DNA of 64,000 bases from Planctomycetota bacterium (GTDB lineage Bacteria > Planctomycetota > Phycisphaerae > SM23-33). The stretch spans positions 34,497 through 98,496 of the forward strand of contig DAOVZK010000004.1 in assembly GCA_030635145.1 (NCBI GenBank), in the 5' to 3' direction. Each line of letters begins with the position of its first letter. The stretch's first letter is position 1. Made by a program: the position numbers and the translations under genes. Below the pieces are notes generated by a model that was given only the letters and a program-made list of their open reading frames with translations, ran no database searches and was not told where the DNA came from. This document shows positions 1 to 9,864 of the stretch, piece by piece.

Positions 1-107
1 TGCGCCAGCTTTGCGCCTCTGTGGAACATGGTTATCACATTGACTTTCCCGAAATCAACCAGCGTATCACCGAGGTCGAAGAAAATTGCCTTTATTCGTT
101 TCGCCAT
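1..107 (-). CDS. HAD-family hydrolase, N-terminal part (runs off the window start)
   Basis: Manual translation from ATG at 107 gives MAKRIKAIFFDLGDTLVDFG..., a HAD motif I-like FDLGDTL. Confidence 0.7.
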   Translation of the reverse strand, partial: MAKRIKAIFFDLGDTLVDFGKVNVITMFHRGAKLA

Positions 108-274
108 TGTCCTGTATTCTGTGTTCTGTAAAAATCCTCAAATCGTAAGCGTTTACGCTCTTTTTCCTGTTCATCAAATTACTATTTTTGACAAGATAAC
201 AGGAAAGCTTGCATCAGACCATACACAGATAGAGCATGTTTTGCAATAGTGGTGATTTTGGGCGGGGCGCAAAA

Positions 275-730
275 TTAGGCGCAGGCGACGTGTTTGAGAT
301 CGTTTAGCAAAAACGACTTGGGAATGATGGGCAACTCTATTTGCCGAATTTTACAGCTGTTGGTTGTCCAGCAAGTTTCGTTTTTGATCAGAATTACTCG
401 GGTGAGAACTTCGGGGTTGTTTTGCGACAGAAAATCGAGAATTTCCCAGCTCTTGTCTCCGGGGACGTCCATGAAGATTGTATCGAAGTCTTCGGCGCTG
501 ACGGATCTCAGGGTGGGGAGATTGTTTTTCGCCGGGTCGTCTAAAAAAAGGTTAAGGGCAGCCCGACTCGTAAGAGCCATTGTTGCGGCTGCCCCGCAAC
601 CAGTCAAGATTTCAGAAACCAGAATCCCGATCGTCATCGAGTCGTCAATTACCAGCACATTCTGGTCTGTGAGGTTTCTGTGATTTGCATTTTTTGTATT
701 TTTTTCACTTTTTTTACTAAGAGTCATCAT
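275..730 (-). CDS. Response regulator receiver-like domain protein
   Basis: VLVIDDS acidic pocket and FDTIFMD phospho-Asp region; C-terminal part is degenerate. Confidence 0.6.
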   Translation of the reverse strand: MMTLSKKSEKNTKNANHRNLTDQNVLVIDDSMTIGILVSEILTGCGAAATMALTSRAALNLFLDDPAKNNLPTLRSVSAEDFDTIFMDVPGDKSWEILDFLSQNNPEVLTRVILIKNETCWTTNSCKIRQIELPIIPKSFLLNDLKHVACA

Positions 731-767
731 TTTTCCGTCTCGCACATCAACAGGCGTTCTGTGTTTA

Positions 768-1319
768 TCACGCTGCCTGTCTGACGGTTTTATTTTTTCG
801 CAGCCGCTGCATCACCGATTTGTGACGCAAGCAGACAGCTGACTCGCTTATGTGGTACACCCCCGAGATTTCCTTGTACGTCATACGCTCGGCGTAGATC
901 ATAAGCAGCAGTTCGCGGTCCTGTTTGTTGATCTGCCGCAGAATTTTGCTGCAAAACTCGCGGGTCTCCAGCATTTTCAGCGCCTGATTCGAGGACGGGT
1001 CGGGTGTTTCGATGTCTACCCCTGCCATGTCGATGGTGCGGACGGTGCTGTCGGCACGGCGTAAGATGCCGTCTTTTCGCATTTCGTCGATGGCGAGGAA
1101 CATTGCCTTAGTTGAGGCGAAGCGGTCGAACGGCACACCGCGTGACGGGTCAAACACCCGCGCAGCAAGGGTCAGCCCCAAATACGCATAACTGTGAAGA
1201 TCGTCGAGTCCCACCCAATTGTACCGGCGGAACAGTCTTCGCGAAATCTGATCAGCCATCGCGACATGCTCTCTGGCGAGCATGAGATATTCGTTCGGAT
1301 TTTTATCTGGCGTTTGCAT
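768..1319 (-). CDS. Sigma-70 family factor, FliA/WhiG-like, short (regions 2 and 4)
   Basis: DDLHSYAYLGL..AARVFDPSRGVPF (region 2) and MTYKEISGVYHISESAVCLRH (region 4 HTH). Confidence 0.85.
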   Translation of the reverse strand: MQTPDKNPNEYLMLAREHVAMADQISRRLFRRYNWVGLDDLHSYAYLGLTLAARVFDPSRGVPFDRFASTKAMFLAIDEMRKDGILRRADSTVRTIDMAGVDIETPDPSSNQALKMLETREFCSKILRQINKQDRELLLMIYAERMTYKEISGVYHISESAVCLRHKSVMQRLRKNKTVRQAA

Positions 1320-1667
1320 GGTAGAACCATCCTGATTTTAAATTTGGCGAGCGCTCTGCGGCTCGCTTCCTTGATGATTGTCGAAGTGGGGAGCAACTAC
1401 TTGAGGGGATTACGGCAAAAAAAAATAAAAAACTGCTCAATGCCGAGAATCTTGCATAAGTCTTTTTGTTGGAACTAATTAGAAGCAGTGCCTGTGACCC
1501 ATTTGGGGCAAATAAGGCCCACCGGCTACAATTTTTTTCCGCCGCCTTGCTGCAATCCCCCCGGTTTTTGCCGAATATTCCCGAAGATCCACGAAATACA
1601 AATAAGCAACCCCGAGTTTTGGGGGTTGTTCTTTACACGGTGGGTATTGGGCGTTTAGGATACCGGC

Positions 1668-2633
1668 ATGGAAAACACATTGAAGAAAGAAACGCGAATG
1701 TCGCGCACCACGCAGCGGAAGTTTTTGGTACTGGTATTAGTTGGTATTTTGGGTGTTTGTGTGGGGGTCGCATGGTACATGACCGTTCGCATAGACGCAC
1801 CAACGCATCAGGGCACCGAAATAATGCAGGACATTCGGGTGCGTAAGCTGCTGTCGTTTTGGGGTGAGCAAAAGACATACCACCAGCACTACCTTGTCTA
1901 TCAGCGTGTGGGTGGTAAGCTCGTATTAGTCGGTTGGAGATTCAAGTATCGTGGGCTGAACTCTGACCCCCGAAAAGGGTTTGTCGGTGGGGACATAAGC
2001 TGGAAGGGTGGAACAACGAGAAGTTCATGGACACTGACTAACGGATTGGACAAGGGGACGTATGAAAGCAATTTCATGCGAGTGGTGGAAGGTAAGTATG
2101 TCCCGATAATGTTAGCATCGATTGAGCTTGACGGTGGCAACCTGCAGGTTCAGCAGAATCTTAAAGGACAGGAATTAAGCACGGTGAGCGAAATTCCCGA
2201 CAACTACATACCCGAAGGTACGCTATCGCTGGTGTATCGCGAAGTGGCTAATCGGAAGACTCACGCGAAATTCAAAATGATTTTCGACAATCTCGCTCCC
2301 GTCGGTGGTAAGCCCAGGTTTGGAGCAGTGGGTGTTCGCTACCTTCATCCCCCCAAGGACGACCCTGCCGGATCGGTTCTTGAGGTCAAGCATATCGTGC
2401 TGGGGTCGGTGGCAACGGATCAGGTGGTGCTGGACGCGGATGGTAACATTGTCGGGGAGAACGGTGAAGGTATGGTTGTCGCTCCGGTATCTGCGCAAGA
2501 ATTCGCCATGGTATTTCCCATACATGCGAGATCTTTAAATGGATTAGCGATGACGTATCCAAATATCACAAACCCCGATACCGTCCCAAAGGTAACTGTC
2601 GATGGGCAGGGCGATACCCCGGGCGGCGAATAG
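1668..2633 (+). CDS. Hypothetical protein with N-terminal membrane anchor
   Basis: 321 aa ORF with hydrophobic FLVLVLVGILGVCVGVAW segment. Confidence 0.7.
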   Translation: MENTLKKETRMSRTTQRKFLVLVLVGILGVCVGVAWYMTVRIDAPTHQGTEIMQDIRVRKLLSFWGEQKTYHQHYLVYQRVGGKLVLVGWRFKYRGLNSDPRKGFVGGDISWKGGTTRSSWTLTNGLDKGTYESNFMRVVEGKYVPIMLASIELDGGNLQVQQNLKGQELSTVSEIPDNYIPEGTLSLVYREVANRKTHAKFKMIFDNLAPVGGKPRFGAVGVRYLHPPKDDPAGSVLEVKHIVLGSVATDQVVLDADGNIVGENGEGMVVAPVSAQEFAMVFPIHARSLNGLAMTYPNITNPDTVPKVTVDGQGDTPGGE

Positions 2634-2658
2634 TGTGCCCGACGCCGATTGCGTGTAC

Positions 2659-3126
2659 CTAGCCTCTGGTGCTTGACGCTTTTTTCAAAAAATTTTCGAG
2701 CAGCTGTTCCTGGCGGGCGTGCATTTTTTTTGCTTTTGCGGGTGTCGTGTCGTCGTACCCGATAACATGCAACAGCCCATGCGTTACATACAGCAGCAGT
2801 TCTCGCTGCGCGGTATGAGCGTATTTTTTTGCTTCTCGGACGGCGACATCGCTGCAGACGATTAGCTCGGCGGTGAGATTTTCGCCCGGTTCGCCAAGGT
2901 CGAAGCTGATAACGTCGGTGGCCCCGCTGTGATTGAGAAATTTGCGGTTCATCCTGCTCATTTCGCGTGAAGCGACGACGGCGATGTCCACTTCGTCGAA
3001 TTCGACTTTTTCCGCGGCGGCGACAAAATCCACCAGCTGCGAAATTCGCTTTCGCGGTATTCGCATTGCCTTGCTGCGAGATACGATGGTCAGTAAAGTC
3101 TTGCGAGGGATTTTTTTATTGCTCAT
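2659..3126 (-). CDS. ybeY: rRNA maturation endoribonuclease YbeY
   Basis: ATDVISF and HGLLHVIGYDD motifs. Confidence 0.92.
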   Translation of the reverse strand: MSNKKIPRKTLLTIVSRSKAMRIPRKRISQLVDFVAAAEKVEFDEVDIAVVASREMSRMNRKFLNHSGATDVISFDLGEPGENLTAELIVCSDVAVREAKKYAHTAQRELLLYVTHGLLHVIGYDDTTPAKAKKMHARQEQLLENFLKKASSTRG

Positions 3127-3262
3127 GGCGGCAGGATATCCGGTCGGCTGTGATCATTCAAGCAAACCCCGAAAATTGCTCTGGGCTTTGGGCGATTTTT
3201 TGCTTCCCACTGCGACATTGGATAGTGCAAGCATCGCTGAAATCGTTTAGATTATTCGCATA

Positions 3263-4852
3263 ATGAAACAGTCATGCCAAAATTCCGAGAGCAACTCGCA
3301 TCCCAGCTGGGCCTTGCCGTACGAAACACTCGTTCCCGCTGATCGCTCGAAACGCAGGTTGGCGAGGGGGTTGCGAATAGCAGCGTACGTGCTATTTTTA
3401 GCGGCGATGATTATTCCGATCGTTCAGCTGGAATCGACGGTGCTTCGCAATCAGCGCAGGGCCCGCGGGTACGACACGAGGTTGCAGGAAAATCGCCTGA
3501 CGGAAAAGGACATTCGCAAGGGTCGCCCCAAGGCAACCAAGGGTGCGGTGAATCGGTGGCGGACAGCTGTCCATGAGTTTTGGGACGGGAAGAATATCTA
3601 CCTGTCGTCGGAGCAGAAAACAGACCAACTTGCAGCTGCGACGGCGGCTGGGAAAAAAGCGGATGAAGTCGGAAAAGTCGCCCTGCATCCGAACATGCCG
3701 TTCGTGGTGATTTTGCTGACGCCGTTTTTGTACCTTCCGATGTGGGCGGGGGGGCTTGTGTTTACGATAGTAAAAGTACTGGTCGTTCTTGTCGCACTCC
3801 TCGCCGCCGTCCGAGTGGTCGACCATCGCGAGCTGCGAATGCCCGACTGGATTGTGGGCCTTGGTATTGTGTGGTGGCTGACGGGAATGACGGGTGACAT
3901 CCAGCACGCCAATACCAACGGTTTTGTGCTGGGGGCGATTGTGTTTCATCTCTGGTTGTACCGCCGCGGAAAAGACCTGACAGCTGGGGTGTTACTCGCC
4001 CTGGCGATCTGCATAAAAATGACGCCGGCACTGTTCGTGCTGTACTGGATTTACCAGCGTAACTGGAAACTTTTGCGCAGCTGCCTCGGAGCGGGGATTT
4101 TATTCGCGGTGATCATCCCAGCTGTGCTCGTCGGGCCCTCGCGTTATCGCGAACTGACGACAACATGGTATCAGAACCTCATCAAACCCGGGCTGGTCAA
4201 AGGCGCGTGGTATCCCATCCACATAAACCAGAGTATCCCCGGTGTTGTCAGCAGATATTTGCTCGGCGGACAGCCGGGCGGTGATATTAACTGGAATCCG
4301 GATGACACCTCGTACGAAAACGTAAAAAATCACAAGTGGATCGCCGTGGCTTCGCTTGATCCGCAGGTAGTCAAGCGGATAATTCAGGGGCTGCAGGTTT
4401 GTGTCGTGGTTTTGATGGGCTGGGCGATAGGGTGGCGGAAACTTCCGCGGGATGATGGGCGACGGGGGCTGCACTACGCGATGGTGCTGGCGGGAATTCT
4501 GTTGTTGAACCAACGCAGCTGGGGGCATCATGCAGCCATACTCTTGCCGGGTTTTCTCGCCGTGTGGTATGCGGTTGCGTTTGGAAATTTCACGCGGCGG
4601 CGCAGGCTCGTCACGCTTATAATGATTATACTTTGCGGAGCGATATCGTGGTTGTCCACGGGCGAGTTGACCGTGCTGTACGGAAAGTTGGCCGGGATGG
4701 AAAAACCGCAGGCTAAGGAATTTGCAGATTATATCGTAGCGTACGGCACCAAGTTTACGGTTTTTCTGCTGCTGTTTATCACAGCTGCGGTGCTTGCTTT
4801 GGGGATGAAAAAGTCCGATCCGCCTTACTCTTCCCAGCGGCAGAAACTTTGA
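3263..4852 (+). CDS. GT87/DUF2029-type membrane glycosyltransferase
   Basis: Multi-TM; LALAICIKMTP, INQSIPG and SWGHH motifs typical of the GT-C alpha-1,2-mannosyltransferase-like family. Confidence 0.75.
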   Translation: MKQSCQNSESNSHPSWALPYETLVPADRSKRRLARGLRIAAYVLFLAAMIIPIVQLESTVLRNQRRARGYDTRLQENRLTEKDIRKGRPKATKGAVNRWRTAVHEFWDGKNIYLSSEQKTDQLAAATAAGKKADEVGKVALHPNMPFVVILLTPFLYLPMWAGGLVFTIVKVLVVLVALLAAVRVVDHRELRMPDWIVGLGIVWWLTGMTGDIQHANTNGFVLGAIVFHLWLYRRGKDLTAGVLLALAICIKMTPALFVLYWIYQRNWKLLRSCLGAGILFAVIIPAVLVGPSRYRELTTTWYQNLIKPGLVKGAWYPIHINQSIPGVVSRYLLGGQPGGDINWNPDDTSYENVKNHKWIAVASLDPQVVKRIIQGLQVCVVVLMGWAIGWRKLPRDDGRRGLHYAMVLAGILLLNQRSWGHHAAILLPGFLAVWYAVAFGNFTRRRRLVTLIMIILCGAISWLSTGELTVLYGKLAGMEKPQAKEFADYIVAYGTKFTVFLLLFITAAVLALGMKKSDPPYSSQRQKL

Positions 4853-4916
4853 TATTCCGCCCGATTTTGTGGCGTTTTTTCCACGCAGCTTGGCGGGGCT
4901 TGGGGTAAATCTGGGT

Positions 4917-4996
4917 AAAAAAAACGGTGCTGGAGGAGGGGAGTCCAGCACCGAAAACTCGGTTACCTTTTGGAGGATTGCATAACCGAGGAGCCT
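4917..4996 (-). ncRNA. Candidate ~80 nt small RNA with two CCUCC-loop hairpins and an intrinsic terminator
   Basis: Upstream TTGACG-17 bp-TATCAT promoter; hairpins CTCGGTTA/TAACCGAG and CGGTGCTGGA/TCCAGCACCG, followed by U8. Confidence 0.6.
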
Positions 4997-5002
4997 AACT
5001 CT

Positions 5003-5031
5003 ATGATAGCTATCAAGTTCGATTGCGTCAA
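5003..5031 (-). promoter_or_regulatory. Sigma70-type promoter for the candidate sRNA
   Basis: -35 TTGACG (5026-5031), 17 bp spacer, -10 TATCAT (5003-5008) on the minus strand. Confidence 0.6.
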
Positions 5032-5179
5032 TAAAAAACCAAATTTTTTTTGCCCCGATTTGGAGTAATTTTTACCACAGCCAGAATCAGGCTGAGTTGC
5101 TTAAGAATCGTCCTAGCAAGAGGTTAGGGCAGGATGTGTTAGGTTTTTTTGGGGAGGGCTGGGGGAAACTTATCGCAGC

Positions 5180-5207
5180 AAAAAGGCCATCACTGAGGAT
5201 GGCCTTT
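5180..5207 (-). terminator. Rho-independent terminator of rpmB
   Basis: AAAGGCCATC/GATGGCCTTT stem followed by a U-run on the minus strand. Confidence 0.75.
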
Positions 5208-5236
5208 AAGATATCTATTTTAAACCCGGCGAAGCC

Positions 5237-5497
5237 TTACGCTTCTGCTTCAGGGGTCCAGTTTCGTTTGACGGGTTTTTCGATCAGCCCATTGCGAATC
5301 GCCTTGGCTGAAACGTTAATACGCACAACTTTACCGTCTATGACAGCTCTTACACGCTGCATATTGGCCTTGAATTTGCGTTTGGTTCTACCGGTTGTCT
5401 TGACACCAACACCACCGAGACGCTTGGCCTTACCACGAGTTGTAATCGACCGGCCTGCTGATGTTTTCTTACCTGTTATTGGACATACACGCGACAT
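5237..5497 (-). CDS. rpmB: 50S ribosomal protein L28
   Basis: MSRVCPITGKK...RTKRKFKANMQRVR. Confidence 0.95.
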   Translation of the reverse strand: MSRVCPITGKKTSAGRSITTRGKAKRLGGVGVKTTGRTKRKFKANMQRVRAVIDGKVVRINVSAKAIRNGLIEKPVKRNWTPEAEA

Positions 5498-5597
5498 ATT
5501 TTAGCTCCTGTACTTTCACCCCGCAAACAAAGCGAGGGCGAAGTATTGTACACCTATCAAATTTAACTGCAAGTGCAATTTTACCTTTTTCGCTTAA

Positions 5598-5758
5598 AAA
5601 TCCGAAAGACGAAACCCTAAATCCTAAACAATATCGAATCTTTAAAATCCAAAATATTCAAAACAGAATTTCCGGATTTTCCAGCCGTTGCTGTTCTGAA
5701 TTTTGGTAATTTGAATTTCTTATTTGTTTCGATTTTCGCTATTCGGATTTCGTGTTTC
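5598..5758. repeat. AT-rich inverted-repeat intergenic element (AAATCC..AAAC family), copy 1
   Basis: Shares AAATCCTAAACAATATCGAAT exactly with the ~30052 copy; complementary TTTCG/ATTTG-rich right arm. Confidence 0.65.
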
Positions 5759-5763
5759 AGTAG

Positions 5764-7803
5764 TTAATCTTCCGCTTTTTCTTTTTTGTTGTTGGCGATG
5801 ATCTGCTGCTGCACGTTTCCGGGAACTGCTTCGTAGTGCGACAGTTCCATTGTGTAGCTTCCCTGTCCGCCGGTAACACTTCGCAGCTGGGAGTTATATT
5901 GCATAACTTCGGCCAGCGGTGCTTGTGCTTTTACGCAGACGATATTACCAGGCAGCGAGTCCTGCCCGAGAATTCTTCCGCGACGAGACGAAAGGTCGCT
6001 GGCGATGTCGCCGATGAAATTCGCCGGAACCGTAATTTCCATATCCACAAACGGTTCGAGCAGGGCGGGTTTTGCTTTTTGTACGGCATCGATAAACGCC
6101 CACTTACCGGCGGCACGGAAGGCAACTTCCTTCGAGTCGACCGGGTGATGCTTACCGTCGTAGACGCTGACGCGGATGTCCTGCATCGGATAACCCGCGA
6201 TGGCGCCGGTGCCGATTACATCAACAATGCCTTTTTCGATCGCCGGTAGGTACTGCCTCGGAATCGACTCGCCAAATAAAGCGTTGACAAATTCAAAACC
6301 GGCACCTGATTCGAGGGGTTCAACCCGCAGATAAACCTCACCGAACTGGCCCGCACCACCGGTCTGCTTTTTGTGACGGTGATGACCTTCGGCCTTGGCG
6401 GTGATTGTTTCCTTGTAGGGAATCTTCGGAGGCTTGGTGTCGACTTCAAGATTGAAGCGAATTTTCATTTTCGACAGAATCATTCGCAGGTGCAAATCGC
6501 CGATTCCGCTGATGACAGTTTCGTGAGTTTCAGCATCGCGAGAGGCCACGAATGTAGGGTCTTCGTCGGTGAGGCGGTGCAGGGCTTCGGAAATCTTCTG
6601 CTCGTCGCCACGCGATTTTGGAGTCGCCGCCAGCGAGAACATCGGGGTCGGAACGGGCGGCATTGCACGGTACATCTCACCAGCCGCATTGTGAAGCACG
6701 TCGCCGCAGGAAATATCTTCGACTTTCGCCAGTGCGATGATCTCGCCGGTGACGGCCAACTTTACTTCCTTGGTTTCTGCGCCTTGTACCTTGAATATGT
6801 GCCCGATCTTTGCGGATTTTTTGGTGTCACGCAGATGGTACGTGCTGTCTGATGCCACTTTACCCTGCAGCACGCGAATCCACGCCAACTTACCCACGAA
6901 CGGGTCGGTGGTAATCTTAAACGCCTGGCCGATGAAGGGTTTTTCCATGTCGGTTTCGACGGGGACTTCTTCGGCGTCTTCGTCTTTACTGTTCATTATC
7001 GGCAAACCGGGAACGCTACCCGGGGCGGGGAACAGACGGCAGATCGAGTCCATAAATTCCGCTACGCCCACGCCCTTAGTTGCCGACGTGAAGTAGACCG
7101 GGATGATTGATCCTTCGATCATAGCCGATGCGAAGGCGGCACCGAGTTTTTCGGCGGGAATTTCCTCACCACCGAGGTACGCTTCCATCATTTCCTCGTC
7201 GGACTCGATAATGCTTTCGACCAGCTGCGTGTGTGCGTCGGCAACGTCGCCGAAATCAGACTCACCGCTGTCGCTGAGGAAGCAATTGATGACGCTCGAA
7301 CCACTACCGGTCGGAAGGTTCATTGTCTTGCAGGCCGAGCCGAAAGTTTCGCTGAGATGGCCCATCAAGTCGGCGAGGTCGACATTGTCGGCACCGATTT
7401 TATTTACGACGAACACTATCGGCATTCCCAACTCCTGGGCCGCCTTGACCATTCGTCGCGTGTTGACTTCGATACCAGCCGCCGCCGACACAACCACAAC
7501 CGCCGTGTCCGCACCAGCCATCGACGTCAACGCGCCACCGATAAAGTCCGGGTAACCAGGGGTATCGATGATGTTGATCGTCTTGTCTGCGTTTTCGACA
7601 AACGCAAGGGCAGGGTCGATGGAGTGCTGACGCTGTTTTTCCAGATCGCTTGAATCGAGAATACTCGTTTTATCGTTAATCGAACCGAGGCGGGTCGTTA
7701 CCTTGGTGGCGAAAAGCATTGCCTCGCCAAGAGTGGTCTTTCCGGCACCACCGTGCCCTAAAAGTACAATGTTGCGAATATCCGCTGGTTTCGATGCTGG
7801 CAT
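5764..7803 (-). CDS. fusA: Elongation factor G-like protein (EF-G II paralog)
   Basis: GHGGAGKTT, DTPGYPDF, KKQTGGAGQFG and HPVDSKE motifs; GGAG RBS before ATG 7803. Confidence 0.9.
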   Translation of the reverse strand: MPASKPADIRNIVLLGHGGAGKTTLGEAMLFATKVTTRLGSINDKTSILDSSDLEKQRQHSIDPALAFVENADKTINIIDTPGYPDFIGGALTSMAGADTAVVVVSAAAGIEVNTRRMVKAAQELGMPIVFVVNKIGADNVDLADLMGHLSETFGSACKTMNLPTGSGSSVINCFLSDSGESDFGDVADAHTQLVESIIESDEEMMEAYLGGEEIPAEKLGAAFASAMIEGSIIPVYFTSATKGVGVAEFMDSICRLFPAPGSVPGLPIMNSKDEDAEEVPVETDMEKPFIGQAFKITTDPFVGKLAWIRVLQGKVASDSTYHLRDTKKSAKIGHIFKVQGAETKEVKLAVTGEIIALAKVEDISCGDVLHNAAGEMYRAMPPVPTPMFSLAATPKSRGDEQKISEALHRLTDEDPTFVASRDAETHETVISGIGDLHLRMILSKMKIRFNLEVDTKPPKIPYKETITAKAEGHHRHKKQTGGAGQFGEVYLRVEPLESGAGFEFVNALFGESIPRQYLPAIEKGIVDVIGTGAIAGYPMQDIRVSVYDGKHHPVDSKEVAFRAAGKWAFIDAVQKAKPALLEPFVDMEITVPANFIGDIASDLSSRRGRILGQDSLPGNIVCVKAQAPLAEVMQYNSQLRSVTGGQGSYTMELSHYEAVPGNVQQQIIANNKKEKAED

Positions 7804-8043
7804 TTCAGTCTCCAAATTAAACGATTGTGGGGCCTGTATATCGAGGTCCCTCTACTGTGAATCTTGTCTATGCATTCTCCAAAAATTTTCCACTATTGCA
7901 TGCAACGTTGCGAAGTACAGCTTTTCCCTCGGCGTTGCGGAACGGGTAATCATACGGGTTTTGAACGCAGTATCAAGAGAAAATCCGGTTTGGTTTGCGA
8001 CTTGTCCCATATGTGGTATACTCCCGGTGAGGCAGGATATTTG

Positions 8044-8291
8044 GTAAGCGTTCACCCCCTTTTTCCTGTTAATCAAAAATTTTTACCGAAGTTTATATTA
8101 AACAATCTTTTTTTGACAGGATTACAGGATTAACTATAAATTATTGAAAAAGAAAACCAGAATAACAGCCACCAACTGCAAACAACCTTACGAAGAACAC
8201 AAATTCCTATATAAATCAATCCTGATTAACAGGATTTTTTAACCTATATCCTATCCTGTTATCCTGTCAAAATTTTCACGTGAACTATTAC
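8044..8291. mobile_element. MITE-like element, copy 1 (ends GTAAGCGTTCAC...GTGAACTATTAC; internal TGACAGGAT/ATCCTGTCA inverted repeats)
   Basis: Long blocks are near-identical to 45808-46047. Confidence 0.65.
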
Positions 8292-8295
8292 GACA

Positions 8296-9549
8296 TTGGA
8301 AGCACCAAATCAACAACCCGACACGCAAATAAAAGTCCCGCTGGGGGCGAATGAGCCGATCCTTGCGCTGGGGGCAGAGCTAAAGTCCACCGTCTGCCTA
8401 CTCGAAGGAAACACCGCAACGATTTCCCCGGATGTCGGGCATCTTGCTGAGCCGTCGCATTACCGGCGGTTCGTTGGCGAAGTTCAGCGGTTAACGGAGC
8501 TTGCCACCCGCGATATCGGCGTTGTTGCGTACGATTCTCACCCCGAATACGCGGCGAGTCGCTATGGGCTGGCGAAATTTCCCGGCCGCCACCTGACTGC
8601 TGTCCAGCATCATCACGCCCATATCGCCGCCTGCATGGCCGAGAACGGTATCACCGGCAAAACCGTCGGCATTGCCTGCGACGGAACCGGATACGGAACC
8701 GACGGAACGATCTGGGGGTGCGAGGTGCTGCTCGCCGACGAAGCGTCGTTCCGGCGAGTGGGGCATTTGCGACAGTTTCGGCTTGTCGGTGGCGACTCAG
8801 CCGCCATCGAAACCTTCCGCCCAGCTTTGGGGCTGCTGACAGAAACGTTCGGTGCAGATTTCTTCGAATCTCCAAACGCTGCGAGCATAACCAGCAGAAT
8901 CGATCCCAAAACGCTGGAGATTACCAAAGCGCGATTGTTGGGTGGGGGCGGGCAGGGTGCCGGCGTTATCGCCGCCGGTGCTGCCGGTGCCGGTTCTGGT
9001 GTAAAGACGTCGAGCCTCGGGCGACTTTTCGACGCCGCCGCGTTTATTCTCGGAATCTGCGACCGAAACGACACCGAAGCCGCCGCACCAATCGCACTGC
9101 AATCCGCCGCCGAGCAATGCGAATCAGCCGACGCTTTTCCCTGGGAGCTTCACCAAACCGCGAACGGTACGACTGTGATGGATTTTGCACCGATGATCCG
9201 CGAAATGGCGACGAGTGCTGCTCGCGAAAACCCGCAAGTCTCGGCGATGCGGTTCCACAAAACAATCGCCGAAATGCTGACCGCCTGTGCGATCCAAACC
9301 TGCGCCGCCGCCGACGTCGGCCGCGTTGTGCTGTCCGGTGGATGCTTCGTGAACAAACTTTTGACGTCATTGCTCACAGATTTATTGCGCCAAGCCGGGC
9401 AAAAAGTGTATGTTCACAATAAGCTCTCACCCGGTGACGCCTGCGTGTCGCTCGGCCAGAGCATCGTCGCCGCCGGACGGCTGAGAAATTTGAACCACGG
9501 CCCGGTAGCACCGGTGGCGATAACCGGCAACGCCGGTGGTAATAAATAG
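8296..9549 (+). CDS. hypF: HypF carbamoyltransferase, C-terminal Kae1-like half only
   Basis: LALGAELKST, VQHHHAHI, DGTGYGTDGTIWG, TSSLGRLFD and LSGGCFVN motifs; lacks the acylphosphatase, Zn-finger and YrdC domains. Confidence 0.8.
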   Translation: MEAPNQQPDTQIKVPLGANEPILALGAELKSTVCLLEGNTATISPDVGHLAEPSHYRRFVGEVQRLTELATRDIGVVAYDSHPEYAASRYGLAKFPGRHLTAVQHHHAHIAACMAENGITGKTVGIACDGTGYGTDGTIWGCEVLLADEASFRRVGHLRQFRLVGGDSAAIETFRPALGLLTETFGADFFESPNAASITSRIDPKTLEITKARLLGGGGQGAGVIAAGAAGAGSGVKTSSLGRLFDAAAFILGICDRNDTEAAAPIALQSAAEQCESADAFPWELHQTANGTTVMDFAPMIREMATSAARENPQVSAMRFHKTIAEMLTACAIQTCAAADVGRVVLSGGCFVNKLLTSLLTDLLRQAGQKVYVHNKLSPGDACVSLGQSIVAAGRLRNLNHGPVAPVAITGNAGGNK

Positions 9550-9574
9550 ACGCAGATTAACACGGATTGTTCTC

Positions 9575-9790
9575 TGTCATCCTCGCGCATGCGGGGATCC
9601 AGCTCCTTTTCTTCCGCTGTCATTGCGAGGCGACCGAAGGGAGGCGCGGCAATCTATTGCCTCTGTCATCCTCCCGTACGGGGGGATCCAGTTCGTTTCT
9701 TGTTTGTCATCCTCGACCCCGATCGAGGATCCAGGGGATGTAGGACGACGCGAGGAATTTCCCTGGATTCCAGCTTTCGCTGGAATGACA
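9575..9790. repeat. Cluster of GTCAT(C/T)C...G(G/A)ATGAC palindromic REP-like repeats
   Basis: TGTCATCCTCGCGCATGCGGGGATCCAG ... CTGGATTCCAGCTTTCGCTGGAATGACA; related copies at 27497-27580 and 31170-31308. Confidence 0.75.
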
Positions 9791-9864
9791 CAGGGGAGAA
9801 ACAAGACATGCTTCTGCGAGCAGAAACATGGCACCCGGCTACTTGCTCTCCGACTTGCCCTTCT

